A DNA stretch of 64,000 nucleotides from Felis catus (lineage: Eukaryota), in the NCBI RefSeq assembly GCF_018350175.1, contig NC_058382.1:58406001-58470000 (forward strand). The letters run 5' to 3'. The position numbers were made by a program, and so were the translations under genes. This document shows positions 27,191 through 40,905 of this stretch, piece after piece. Below the pieces are notes generated by a model. The model was not told the DNA's origin. It worked only from the letters and a program-made list of their open reading frames with translations, and did not search any database. Every line of letters starts with the position of its first letter. Positions within the stretch are counted from its first letter, which is position 1.

Positions 27191-27979
27191 TGCCGTAATG
27201 GAATTTTAATAACATACTGCAGTAAATTCTATTCTCAATCAGAAGAGGAAATAAAATTGATTCTCAGTTTTTTCATAGTAAATTAACTAGTTAAAAATAG
27301 TCGTTTCCTTAAAAAAAAAAACAAAAAAAACCCAAACCAAACAACCAAAAAACAAAAACAGCTGTACTGCTCTTTTTCCTGAATTCTGGTTTGGGGCTCA
27401 GGCAGTGTCCTCTGTGACTAAAAGCAGATATTACCAGATGGTCCCAGTCCAAGGTTCCCTGCTCGCACAAGGATTAGAATAATAATTCTGGCCTCCTAAG
27501 AGCTCATGAATTACCATATTGGGTCAAAACCAAGGCTCAATGAGCCAATTAGATGTTTTGGTCATCCACCCAAAAGACTAGGGCTATGTCTCCAAAATAT
27601 TTATAATGGCTCTTTCGCTGTAACTTTGCTGCAAAGTACTCCACAATCACTTGTATTTTGTTTCTATTACTTCTTAAAGGCACGGGTTCCAGAAACTTTC
27701 TGGAAGTTACAGCAGCAACTTCTTTCATTTTTTTCTAAAACTATTTTTTTGCAGCACCAAACGACATAGCCCAGCTCTAAACTTTGGCATCTGGCCCCAT
27801 TCCCTGAACTCAAACCCACACGATTAGCCCCTTCGGCATAGCCCGCCCTCTCAGCTTTCACTTCTATTCAAAGACCAGCCTCTTGAGTGCGTCCTCGCTA
27901 TCCACTTGAGAGGCCCTCTCCTGGCTCTCTGGTGAGGCTTGTCCTTCTAGCCAGTCAGAACCGGAGACAAATTAAAATG

Positions 27980-28315
27980 GGTCAGCAGCACTGATTCCTT
28001 CTGGAAACTCTAGGGAAGAATCTTCTCCTTGCCTTGTCCAGCACCTAGAGGTCACCCTCATTCCTTGACTGGTGGCGGCACCACCCTGACCTCTGCTTCT
28101 GTCATCACCTCTCCTTTTCCTGTACTGCCCCACCTGTCTCCTCCTTATAAGAACCCTGTGATTACACTGGGCTCTTCAGATCACCCAGGTTCGCCTCCCC
28201 ACCTCAAGATCCTTAATTTCATCTGCAAAGTCCCCTTTGCCAAGTAAGGTCACATATTCATGGGTTCCAAGTATTAGGGTGTGGACACGCCAGGGGATCA
28301 TTTTTGGCTGACCAC
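27980..28315 (+). mobile_element. MaLR LTR (MLT1-like)
   Basis: ttccttctggaaactctagggaagaatc..ccttgccttgtccagc..ctcaagatccttaatttcatctgcaaagtccc..taaggtcacatattcatgggttccaag. Confidence 0.75.
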
Positions 28316-28769
28316 AGCTACGTTTAGTACAAGGACCACTGCCTGCTGCCTGATGCTGTTCTGACCACCCCGTGAGCTGTCTCCGCTGCTCCTGATCCAA
28401 TCCTGGGCTGGAGGCAACGGTTCAGGACATGTCCCCCAGCAGACACAGGTGGGATCACCTGTATCTGTGCTCAGGGAGCACAGAAAGTAACTGACGTGAA
28501 GGTGATTCTTGTGACAAACACAGTGGTCGAATCAATTTCAGCAGAAAAACAGCGTCATGACCTTGAGCTTCTAAAACTCTCTGAAAAGGCTGCCCTAAAA
28601 GTGAGCCAGTTCATAAAGGCTCTGGCTTGGTTTTAAAACTTCTGAACGATTCAAACAAGGACAACCAAGCTTACTGTAAGGATGCCTGTGATGGGCATGC
28701 ACACCCACGTCCATGGTCCACAGATAGACAGACAGTTGAAAATACAGAAGGGCGGATGTGGAAAAAAAG

Positions 28770-28969
28770 TTTTTTTTTTAAATGTTTACTTATTTGCTTA
28801 TTTTGAGAGAGTGAGCGAGTGAGCACGCAAGCAGAGGAGGGGCACAGAGAGAATCCCAAGCAGACTCCGTGCTAACGGCAGAGAGCTCGATGTGGGGCCC
28901 GAACTCACAGACTGTGAGATCGTGACCTGAGCCAAAATCGAGAGAGACGCTTAACTGACTGGGCGCCCC
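28770..28969 (-). mobile_element. CanSINE (small deletion in head)
   Basis: T tail and gagaatcccaagcagactcc..gacgcttaactgactgggcgcccc. Confidence 0.88.
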
Positions 28970-31353
28970 AGAGTGAACAAGTTTTAATAAGATGGAAGAG
29001 TTTTCTTTGATGGTTTCAAAAATGGAACCAGACCTCATCAGGTGAGTGACCTGGAGGGCAGTAAAAGCTGGTGAGCAAAAGACGAGCAGTGTGAACAGGG
29101 GAGGCAAGGAGGGGGCGGGCAGGTGGTGAGGGGCTTCTGAATCCTCAGAAAGCCCAAACGGCTGGTTAAGAAAAGTCTTAGTGGATTTAAGAGGCAGCTC
29201 GCCCCGAAGGGGGGCAGGGCAAGGCAGAAGAACTGAGCGGCTGGCGTCTGATCTCCGTTCTCTGTGAGTCCACTTCCACGGTCCCTGCTCTCCCGCCACG
29301 CATCCTGTGAACAATCCACACGAAGACCACAGCTGAGGACGACAGGCTCCGCACACAGGGTCTGAACTCCATATTTACCCTTGTAGTTTCTTTTACTCGT
29401 CAGAGGCAAAAGGAGGACACCTTTACCGTGGCGTGAGCCTGCCACACACCCTGTGCCAAGTGCCTTTTCTGGCTTGTTCCGTGTCAGACACACAGAACGA
29501 CTAAAGGCACCAGGCCCCACTCGTTCATTGCCAGCTCAGCTGTGCACAAAGAATTACCAGCTTCTCTCTGCAAACTTGCTAACGTACGTGTGTGCCATTG
29601 CCACAAAGCAGGTAAGGCAGGAGAAGAGCCACCCTGAGGAGGGCATCACTCCCACATGTGCCACCCACAAGCTGGGGGTGCCTGGGAGCCTTGCCGTCTG
29701 CGGCAACAAGCAGGTCTTGGGAGCCTAAGGGGAGGGCTAGACGCATCGAGAAGAAAAGTTGGGTGCTGATTCTCCACGGGATGGAAAGCAGCTGCATCCA
29801 CGAAAGAGCTTTGGAGGTACATGGGATGGGCCGAGGGTGAAGTTCAGAGGGAAGAAATGGAAAGAGGGCCTGGAGCAAACCATCTCCGTCTCCCAGGCTA
29901 GCTGTGAATGTTCTGGAGGTAACCAGGCAGAGTAGGCAGGGGGCTTAGGAAAGAGCCAGAGGACAGCGGCCCATGCCAATGAGCACAGAGGAGGCACACA
30001 TGGAGGCAGCAGAAAGAATTCCGGACAAGAATCAAGGTGGTGAGACCAACCGGCAATTGAGAAAGTCATCTCAGCGGAATGTAATCAAAAGTTGCTCCGC
30101 AGAACCAGGAAATCAACTGAGGGCAAAAGGACGAAAAGGGATTAGAGAAACAGCAGGTCCACACTGATTTTCCTGCTAACATTTTATGGGTTTTCGCTAT
30201 TAGAAATAATTCCGTCACTACCTACGTCAAAGGGTTATAAGGATAAATAACAGGCATAAGTGCTTAAAAAAAAAAAAATGAAAAGCACCCAGAAATGGAA
30301 GGATTTTTTTTTAAATGGAAAATTATAATGAAAAGCTTTTCAAAGGAATCTGATGTTGCCCTTTGATGGACTGCTTATCAAGTCAGCCTTTCCCAGTTAC
30401 TAAAAATAATTACAATATGAAACTCCCTGAATAGAAAAAAGCCATGAGAATGAGGCCTCGTTTATACAGTTTCGTGGATTTAGAAGCTTTATTAAAACCG
30501 CATCTTCCATAGCTGATATACTGATAAACGGTGGCTCCGTATGCTGAGACCTCTCATTGCCTTCAGGTTATAAAGTTGCTAAGTCAAAAGCTGGATGGCA
30601 TAAACTTAAATACGTTAATTGTGATAAAATTTTTTTGGATAGACTCAAATCGCAAATTTTCCCTTGTAACTTTGCTCTGAGAGTTATTTAATTTGTACTC
30701 CATCGGCATCTTTTTCACACCTGTCTAAGGCTGGGGCTGTGATTCAGGGCAGGTCAGTATAAGAGGAGCCAACGTAACCCACCACCGCTGGGCGAGGGCG
30801 GAGCCCCAGCTTGTTCTCACTGCTTACAGAAGTTGTGGCCCAGAATCTAGAGCAGACTTAACTCTACGGGACGACGGGAGACTCAAACACCGAAGGGCAT
30901 GTTTGGGGAAGTGCTCTAAGTGGAGAGTGAGGGCAGAGCGTAAAAGGGCGGGGGGTAAGATCAAACAGGGTCCCACGCAGTACCCCCTTCCCTCTCTTCA
31001 GACAGCGTGAGTGGGGGAGGGGCAGGGGGAGAAGGACAGGGTGCCCCTTTCCTAACAAGCTGGTGGCACTGGGCCATTGAAAGAGTCTGGGTCTCCTCTG
31101 GGCATTTTCCCTCCCCAGCTAAGTGGTTTGGGAGGCAGCTCTGCTCCTTGGGGAAAATTCGTGTAAAGCTGACTCTAATGCAGTTGTTTATAGTTAGTAT
31201 ATTTAATTCTCTCAACTATTGTGTTTCTATCTTATGGAAGTACTATAATCCTTTAACTCTACAAAGCTTAATTAAGAATAAGAATTAGAAAAATTCTTTG
31301 ACAATTCCAAGTGAGGTTCAAGTTGTCTTTAAGACGCTTAGATATTTCATACG

Positions 31354-31545
31354 ATTTTTTTTTTTTTTTTTTTTTTTTGAGAGAGAGCGACAGAGTGTGA
31401 GCAGGGGAGGGGCAGAGAGAAAGGGAGACAGAATCCGAAGCAGGCTCCAGGCTCTGAGCTGTCAGCACAGAACCCGATGCGGGGCTCGAACTCATGAACG
31501 GTGGGCTCATGACCTGAGCTGAAGTTGGATGCTTAACTGAGGCCA
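31354..31545 (-). mobile_element. CanSINE
   Basis: Long poly-T, then gagacagaatccgaagcaggctccaggctctgagctgtcagcacag. Confidence 0.9.
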
Positions 31546-32639
31546 TCTGACAGGATTTTAAATGGATTTAAAGAACATGCGTCTCCTTCAGACCCCTCTG
31601 GCTACTCCCCTGCCGATTCCCCTTCCATCCACCCTGTAAAAGCACCATCCATAGCTCTCCCCTCATTCCACACACTGCCCCTCCCTATACGACCTGCTCT
31701 CATAGCCTCAACAGTCATTGCAAAGCCACCGGTTCCCAATCTGCATCCCCAGCCCGTCCGTCTTCCAAGCTCCAGACCCATTTGGAAACATTCAATGCTG
31801 GGTCTTCATGTCCCCTCAACAAACGGCACCACTGTCGTCCAAGGCAGAAGTCAGAAATCGAGGCGCCACCCTTGCTTCCTTCTCCCTGTGTCCACACTAC
31901 CATCAGTCACCAGTCACAGAGTCCCGTGGGTTCTTCCTCCTGATTCTGTCTGACCTGTCCCCTCTGCATCCAGGCTGCAGTTTAGGCCACCTCTCTGCCT
32001 CTGGTCCTGTATGCGCTTCTCCCAACACTCTCCTTGCTGCAGGCTGGAGCCATCACTCCAGCACACAAACGCGCCCGTGGAACTGTCTCCAGTGGCGGCC
32101 CTCTGTCCTCATGATGGTGCCCGCACTCCCGTGCGACCTGCGGGTTGCTCTGAAACCTGCCCTTGATCCCCTAACACTCTACACTCTAGCTCCCCCTCTC
32201 TGCCATTTTCTCGTCCCCCCTCTGCCTTGAATGTTCTCTCCGCCCCGCCCCCCCCTCCCCCCCATTACTACTTCGGTGGCCCGCCTAGCCATTCCTTGCA
32301 AGTGCATTTCCCCAGGCAGCCTGCCTTCCCTGACTCGGCAAGCCTGGGCCAGCCCTGGACCTCACCGCTTTCTGCCCCAGCCCACATACGGCACTTATTC
32401 TTAGAGACTGTACTTCTGCTTGGAGCACGATCAACGGCTAAGCAGGTGCTGTGATCCACAGCCCTTTCCGCCCCCCAGCACGGGCCTGGCGCACGACTGG
32501 AAAACTGAATAATCCTGCATCAGTGCTCCCGGGAAACCTAGTTCCCTGCAAGCGACTGTATTTCACATGTCCAAGCACCTGCAATTCCCTTGAGATCAGA
32601 GTAATTAAGGCAGCTGGATGAGAACACTCGCATCAACTG

Positions 32640-32647
32640 CCCCCCCC

Positions 32648-32678
<31 letters not shown>
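32640..32678. repeat. Poly-C tract (about 38 nt, one T interruption)
   Basis: Directly visible. Confidence 0.9.
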
Positions 32679-32680
<2 letters not shown>

Positions 32681-33328
32681 CCAGCTTGGTACCGGCAGCA
32701 CATTCCCTCAAGAGCAGCTCGGATGCATTTTATAAATATCTACTTTCATGTATCTCCTGCCCTGAGAAGATGTGGAGAAATGCACACAACGGTCCAGTTC
32801 AGCAGGCCCTCAAAGACGCGCCCCGTAGGCCTTGGGGGGCCATTTGCCCAAGGGGACTTCCTGCCTCCCGAGAACGGCCATGGGTGTCCCAATTAGGAAA
32901 ATTATGAAACGGGCTCACTTTACTTGGGGTGAATTCAGACAAAGCATTTCTAGCCACAGCTTCTCAAACTCAAGTACCTTCTGTGTGAACTAACTTTCTT
33001 GAGGATAGTAGTTTGTATTTGTACTTAAGTGGAAACTAAACAGTATCTCAACTCAGGTAGGAGGCGGCTCTGAGGTTCCGGTTTGTTTCGCTCCGAGATT
33101 TTAACAAGTCCGTGGACCTCCCAGGTGGTCTTTTCCCTGCGCTGGTCCCCAGACCCTAAGAACTACTGCCCGGAGTTCCATTACAGTTGGTCCCTGAGCT
33201 AAACCTCTCCCCCACCGCACGTGCATACAGCAGGCGCTCAGCACACCCAAACGCGATGGCTGAGAGGCAGGTCTGCTACCGCTTTTTAAGCTCAGTCTCC
33301 AGCTTTTGAAACCATGGGTGCGTCCTCT

Positions 33329-33431
33329 GGGGCGCCCGGCAGGTTCGGTCCGTGGGGCGTGCGACTCCTGATCTCGGGGCGGTGAGTTCGAACCCCGCGC
33401 TGCGGGTAGAGACGACTTCGACAAAGAAAAA
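33329..33431 (+). mobile_element. Short CanSINE subtype, CpG-rich, at CpG-island edge
   Basis: ggggcgcccggc..gcgtgcgactcctgatctcggggcggtgagttcgaaccccgcgctgcgggtagag..aaagaaaaa; same subtype layout as 22630-22739. Confidence 0.75.
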
Positions 33432-33759
33432 CCACGGGCGGGAACAGACCGGCTCTCCTTACACGGCGGTCGCGCACGTTCAAAGGGAGGAGCGCCCGTC
33501 AGGTCAGAACCACCTCTCCGAACGCGTCTGGACTCTCGAGCCGCGGGGCACTGCCCGCCAAGGAACCAGAGCGTCTACAACCACGCCAGACACCGAACGG
33601 GCTCTGGGAGGCGGCGCGGGAAGCACGCTGCAGCGTCCAACTCCCAGCTCCTCACTACTGCCCGCGCCTCCCGGTCCCCGAGCATCAGCGCGGTCGAGTC
33701 CCGACCCAGTTAGCGACAGCTCGTTCCTGCAAAGGCTACCGGTTTGAGGAACGGACCTA

Positions 33760-34974
<1,215 letters not shown>

Positions 34975-35108
34975 CTAGGCCGCAGCCCTCCAGCTACGAC
35001 TGCGCGACCGCACCGGTTTAACGGGGCTCGGGGAGAGCCGCCCCGCGTCCGCCCACGCGCGGGCCAGGCCCGGGGAGAGAAGACGCAGGGTGCGAGTCAG
35101 TTCAGCCC

Positions 35109-35116
35109 TGACGTCA
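35109..35116. promoter_or_regulatory. Full CRE palindrome TGACGTCA
   Basis: Exact consensus at the edge of the CpG island in COX4I1 intron 1. Motif match only. Confidence 0.45.
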
Positions 35117-35790
35117 TGCTTATGTTTATTGTGCGTTTTCCCAATGCGTTCGGCGTCCCTTTGGTCATCAGCAGTCCCCTGCTGAAGTCCCCGTTTGGAA
35201 GGAAGGGGAGGTAGGGGAGATGGGCCCGAAGCTGGAAGGACCCGGGTGGGAGCTGGGTCATCCAGGTCATGGTTGTCCGCGGACACTGGCAGTGGACCAG
35301 GCCGTATTTGCAGCCTTTCTGCCTGATGTCTTTTTCCTATTTTAGGCACCTGCTAGGTTTTTAACCAAATGCTCAGTTGCATGCAGTGCATGCCGGTACC
35401 TTTGAGCTGTTTACCCTTTTCCTCCAGACAGTGGAGCCCGTCATGGTAGCTCAGCGCTTTAGGGTTTAGCTTTCTCAGTCTCCTCACTAAAATTTCTTCT
35501 CCTTGTTTTTTTTTAACAAAGCCAGTTTTCTGCTAATTTCCTGTATATGTATTTCCTGAGTATATATTACGGCGTTTGGCCTATTATGAAGCCCCGTAAA
35601 AACGTGTCGATTGTTAATAAAAATCTCATTCTCGGGTATTTTGTGAATTTAGAGTCGGTAACGAAGAAACAGTGGGTCATAGATGTTGGGGATAAAAAAC
35701 CAAAGTTGCATCGACTTCCCAAATGCACTGGAATCCCCGATGGGTGTTTGCCCTTATTCATAGAGAAGGTGTGCATTTTTCTCTTTCAGA

Positions 35791-35863
35791 ATGTTGGCTA
35801 CCAGAGTGTTTAGCCTAATTGGCAAGCGAGCAATTTCCACCTCAGTGTGTGTACGAGCGCATG
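35791..35863 (+). CDS. COX4I1: COX4I1 exon 2 coding part (mitochondrial targeting peptide)
   Basis: Acceptor tttttctctttcag|A then ATG; encodes MLATRVFSLIGKRAISTSVCVRAH(G); donor GTAAGT. Confidence 0.96.
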
Positions 35864-36977
35864 GTAAGTGTAACTTCTTTTAAATGGGCTGAGCTGATTT
35901 CATCCTGTTCCCACTGTGTGTGAGCTCCTGTGCCGGAGTTTCAAACACAGATGGTCTAAGGTGGCTCAGATCCTGATTCTGCTGTTGTGGGACTTCGGGG
36001 GGGGGGGGTATCAATATTTTAACAGGGCTTACCTCTAGATTATAGAGCATTTATGAATCATGTTGAATACTAGTCTGGATTTTTGCTTACACTGATATTT
36101 CCCCCCTTTTCCTTCCCTTCCCGTTTTTTTTCAGGTTCAAGTTCCACCCCTTTCAAGAGATCTCCACCATACACGACTTTAATGATTTCCTCTCTCCCCC
36201 TAAAAACGTCCCAACCATTTATCTTAAATACCACTTGCATTGCTGGGGCAATGGAAGGGAAGGAGCTTGGACTTCTAGCCTGAGCAGAATTTAATCTCAT
36301 TTTTGTCTTGGATGAGCTTCTTACATGTAGGCATCTCTTCTCACCTGAAATATATGTAAAGAGTTTAGTTCGTGCCCAGCACATGGCGAGTTTAGTTTTG
36401 CATTTATCAAGCATCTTTGGGCCTTTCCCCAGGATGTTTGCAGTCTGGAGAGGGACAGATATGTGAAGACAGTGTTTGAATAAGTGATGTACCCTCAGAA
36501 GAAACACCCTGGCCTGGGGTTCAGGAGAGGTTTTTGGAGGGGCGGCTTCTCTGTGCTGAAGTATTAGCAGGTTTAACCTTATATTCTAGAGAAGAATGGC
36601 ATCCTAGATGGAGAGAAAGCCAGCGAAAGGACTAAATGCAAATTACCATGGCAGGTTGTGTTAGGGAGGGGTCAAGTGCAAGGCTTGAGTAGTGATAACT
36701 TGGAGAGCAAGGCTTATGAATCCAGGGGCTCAATACCCAGTAACTGCTACTGCCTCAACTGCTTTTATGTGTGAATTTTTCCTTGAAATTGTGTCCTCGA
36801 ATTGGTGATCCTGTCTGTTTTACATTTTCCTCCATTCCTTATATTGTCCAGGATAACACAGATCATCTAGTGAGAGTATCGTTGAAATGTTGTTATTTAA
36901 ATGGGGATGTAATAAAGACAAGTTTGTTGATTAATTAGTAGGTGTGGAATGAAACACTCCTTCATTGTAGGAAGCCA

Positions 36978-37150
36978 GGGGTATCTGGGTGGCTCAGTCA
37001 GGTAAGCATGTGACTCTTGATTACATCTCAGGTCAAGATCTCATGGTTGTGGGGGTGAGCCCTGCGTTGGGCTCTGCACTGACAGTGAGGAGTCTGCTTG
37101 GGATTCTCGTTTCCTTCTCTCTCTTGAAATAAAATAAACATTTTTAAAAA
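36978..37150 (+). mobile_element. CanSINE (older)
   Basis: ggggtatctgggtggctcagtcaggtaagcatgtgactcttgat head with aaataaaataaac tail. Confidence 0.88.
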
Positions 37151-37893
37151 GCCTAGCAAGTCACTTAATGACAGATTATATTTTGTTTCTATTTTGGCTT
37201 TGCTTATATATTTTCTTAGCTTTGTTTAATTCGTTTGAGGTGCAGTTTATAGAAAGTACAATTTATCTTTTCTAAGCGTAATGTTCTGTGGATTTTGATA
37301 AGCTCACACAGCTGTGTAACAGCGATGCCAGTCAGGACTATGACATTTGCATCACCCCCGAAAGTTCCTTCACGTCCCCTTGGTCATTCTGGCCTTTGAT
37401 AAGAAGCCAGCTTCCTTCTCTTTACAGTGGCATTAGCCAAAACTTATTCTTAGTTAAATTAGTCCCTTTTTGAAATCCTCCGGTGGCTTCTCGTGTCTGG
37501 GGTAAGATCTGCACTAGGCCTCTCTGATGTTATCAAAGCAGACTCAAAAAGCAAATGACAGACACAAGGCAGTTCTCCCGGGTGCTCAGGGTCCCCGTCC
37601 CCAGGGGTGTGACACATTCCTGGTGTGCGGCAGGCTGTGGCTTCTGCCTCAGAGCTCTAGAGTTGTTATTTTAGAATAGCCTTTCCTCACCGCCCTTTGT
37701 GAAGATGCTGCCTGGCCTACATCATCTTGCTTTGTCTGCTTGGAGGGCTGACCTACTGGGGTTTCTGCGTGTCGTCTCTTTGCTTCCAGGATGCAAACTT
37801 TTTTGAGGCTGAGAACCTGCCTTTCTTCATTGCTGTGTTTTCGGCACGCGGTACGCAGGTGGAGAAAACTGCGGTCCATTGAATAGGTCTTGT

Positions 37894-38122
37894 CCTTTTT
37901 TTTTTTTTTTTTTTTAGGTTCATTTTTGAGGACAGAAGGAACACATGCGTGCATGAGCAGGGGAGGGGCGTGGGGGGGAGTGGGGAGACAGAGGATCCAA
38001 GCAGGCTTGGTGCTTTCGGCCCAGAGTCCCACGTGGGACTTGAACTCATGAACCATGAGGTCATGACCTGAGCCGAAATCAAATGTCAGACCCTTAACTG
38101 ACTGAGCCCCCCGGGTGCCCCC
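37894..38122 (-). mobile_element. CanSINE
   Basis: Poly-T and body ending gactgagccccccgggtgcccc. Confidence 0.9.
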
Positions 38123-40026
38123 GTCCTTCCGTTTATAGCTTTCACGCGTGGTGCCTGAATACACGGACTGGTTTTCCCCCTAAGATAGTAGCGCTTTGAA
38201 GTGCCACTGGCAGCCGCCTCTGTGTCTGGGTGCTTGTGCTGTGACACATGTGATTGAGGGGGCCGCTCCTGATTCCCCGGATTTCCTCAGCAGAGGCTCA
38301 GGGAAAGACCCACCCAGCTGAGGACAGCAGTGACGAGCCCCTCGCTCAGATGCAAAGTCTCTTTTCGTCTCCCTCTTAAAGGAATGCTTGGTGTGCTAAT
38401 CTTTGTGGAGTGTGGGGGACCAGGCCCAAAGTGCTGAGAACCCTTGCAGCCCCGAGACCACACGTTGGCCGTTCTTGTTCTAGAAAGTGCAGTTTTATGC
38501 TGAGAGTGTTCCAAGGTTGCGAGCATTCGCATTTTTATAACTTTACTGAGAGGTGATTGACACGACAGACACGGACCCGTTGAAAGCGCCCTTCAGTGGT
38601 TTTGAGTTGAGTTCCTGAGCTGTGCCATAACCACCGGTCAGTTGTGGAATGTCCTCGTTACCCCAGTTTACGTCTGTTTTTAGTGATTAATGGGAGCTGA
38701 GTGCTGGTATACATTTGTTTCTTTTAGGCCACTTATTTTTATAGAACCGTGGAAAGTAATTCCAGTCCTTTCCACCTTCAAGTTTTCGGAATCGGGCTGT
38801 GTATGCGTAAGTCACTTGCGCTCCAGAGATAAGCATCTAGAGAAATTGTGCTTTGCTTGAGGTACAGCGATGGGTCACTGTTGTTAACGTGACCTGGGAG
38901 AGTGTGCTCATGGCGACTCCGCTAACGGAAGCGAAGCATTTTTGCAAGGCCTCACTCCTCCAGACCAGTTTGGATCACAGCGTTTTCTTGCAAGCATAGG
39001 ATGGAATTGAAAAAACAGCTTTCAGCAGTGGGAAAGCCCTAAATACAAATGAAGATACTCCTTTGTTTTCTGGCTTCTGAGCTGTTTCTCTTTCCTTGAG
39101 CAACACACAGATGCGTGCTTGTTTTAAGGCACTAAGATTTCTATCTCTGGGAGCAGAAATCCCCCTTTTGTCCTCTCTCCACTGATAACAACTTGGGTTT
39201 GCTCTGCCGGGAGTTTTGTGTGTTCAGTTACGTGGACGTGTAAGCACACCAGTGGTTTATCTTAAAAAAAAAAAAAAAAAAAAGTCCCGGGATCTTCTGT
39301 GACTTGCTGAGGACGCGGCTATTTCCTCGTTCTCTTGACTGCCGTCCCTTGCTTCCTGCTCTCCGTGCGCCCCGATTCCTTTCCTCTGCTGTACCTTTTC
39401 TTTCTCCTGAGCCCCCGTGCCGTGACCTGGGACCCACGGGTCTGTCCGCTTCTGGCCTGTGAGCACCCACGGACAGCCGGCTCTGTTCGCTGCTCTCAGC
39501 TGGAGCCGTGGTGAGCGTGTAACAGGTGCTCAGCCAACATTTCTGAACCTGTGAACGAATGACACCTTTGACACACCTGTGGGGGTAGTTGCGTCCCTCC
39601 TCTGTTGGGCGCAGGTTGTTTGTTTCTGGGACAATAAACAGCGCCCTGTGTCTTGTTTGTGACCTTTGGACGCTTGTTTCTTTTACGAGTTTTCTGCCGA
39701 TTTTGCTCTCCCTCCTTAGTTTGAGTCTCCTGCAGAAGGGCCTTCGTGTAGGCCAGCAGGGCGTCCCGAGAGCCCCGCGTGCCCTCTGCGTGGTGCTGGT
39801 ACGCGTGGCCCTGCCGTCCCCGGTGGCAGTTGGCCTGGCAGGGGCGTGTCGGCTGCGAGAAGGGCCGCGCTTAGCCGGCCCCGCACCCTCGCCCCGCCGT
39901 CTGGGCCTGCTTCCCCCAACGGTCCGTCGGCCGTGTGACACTGTGGCCTCAGTCCCTGGGACGACCGAGGTCTTCAGGGTGCACACGCCTGTCCTCGTGT
40001 GGGTTGGTCACTCGGAACCCGTGTGA

Positions 40027-40233
<207 letters not shown>

Positions 40234-40773
40234 TGAAGCAGAAGTGTTGGCAGACCGTGTGAGAGAGAATGTCTACCTGGGTCTGGGCTGTGAGCTTGGG
40301 GGCGCCGCCCGGAGACCAGCACGGGGCGTGTCCCAGGGGCTGGTTCCGGGGCCCCGGCTCTGTGGGCTGGCCGCACCTCTGCCCGGGTCCCTGGGGCTCC
40401 GGTCCCCCAGGAGGAAGGAGGGTGCGGACACGGCTTCTTGGCGGCCCTGCCGGGTGGGCGGTGTCTGCTCTAACTTACTGACAGAAGATCAGAGGCCGAA
40501 AGTCACCGTCAGGTGGCGGGGGGTGGGGGTGAAACTCTGGGGACTCAGTGGATCCTGCACCGTAACCCGAGGAGGAAGAATTCACTGGTTCTGTGGGGTT
40601 TTCGTGCTCAAAGCAGACTAGGTGCGTTCTGTCCCCTCCGCCACCCCTCGCACCCGTGTGGGAGAGCACGTGCGTGTGCGCTGTGCCCCTCGGCCGTGTC
40701 GCGGGCCCCGCGGAGGAGGGGCTGCTGGCACGGCCTCCCCTCACCCGCACCGACGGCTGTGCTCTCTCCCCAG

Positions 40774-40905
40774 TGTACCGCATGAAGTTCAACGAGAGCT
40801 TCGCGGAAATGAACAGGAGCACGAACGAGTGGAAGACGGTTGTGGGCGCTGCCATGTTCTTCATCGGCTTCACCGCTCTCCTCCTGATCTGGGAGAAGCA
40901 CTATG
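40774..40905 (+). CDS. COX4I1: COX4I1 exon 4 (132 nt, transmembrane helix)
   Basis: Acceptor ctctctccccag; encodes [43 protein letters not shown]; donor GTGAGT. Confidence 0.96.
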
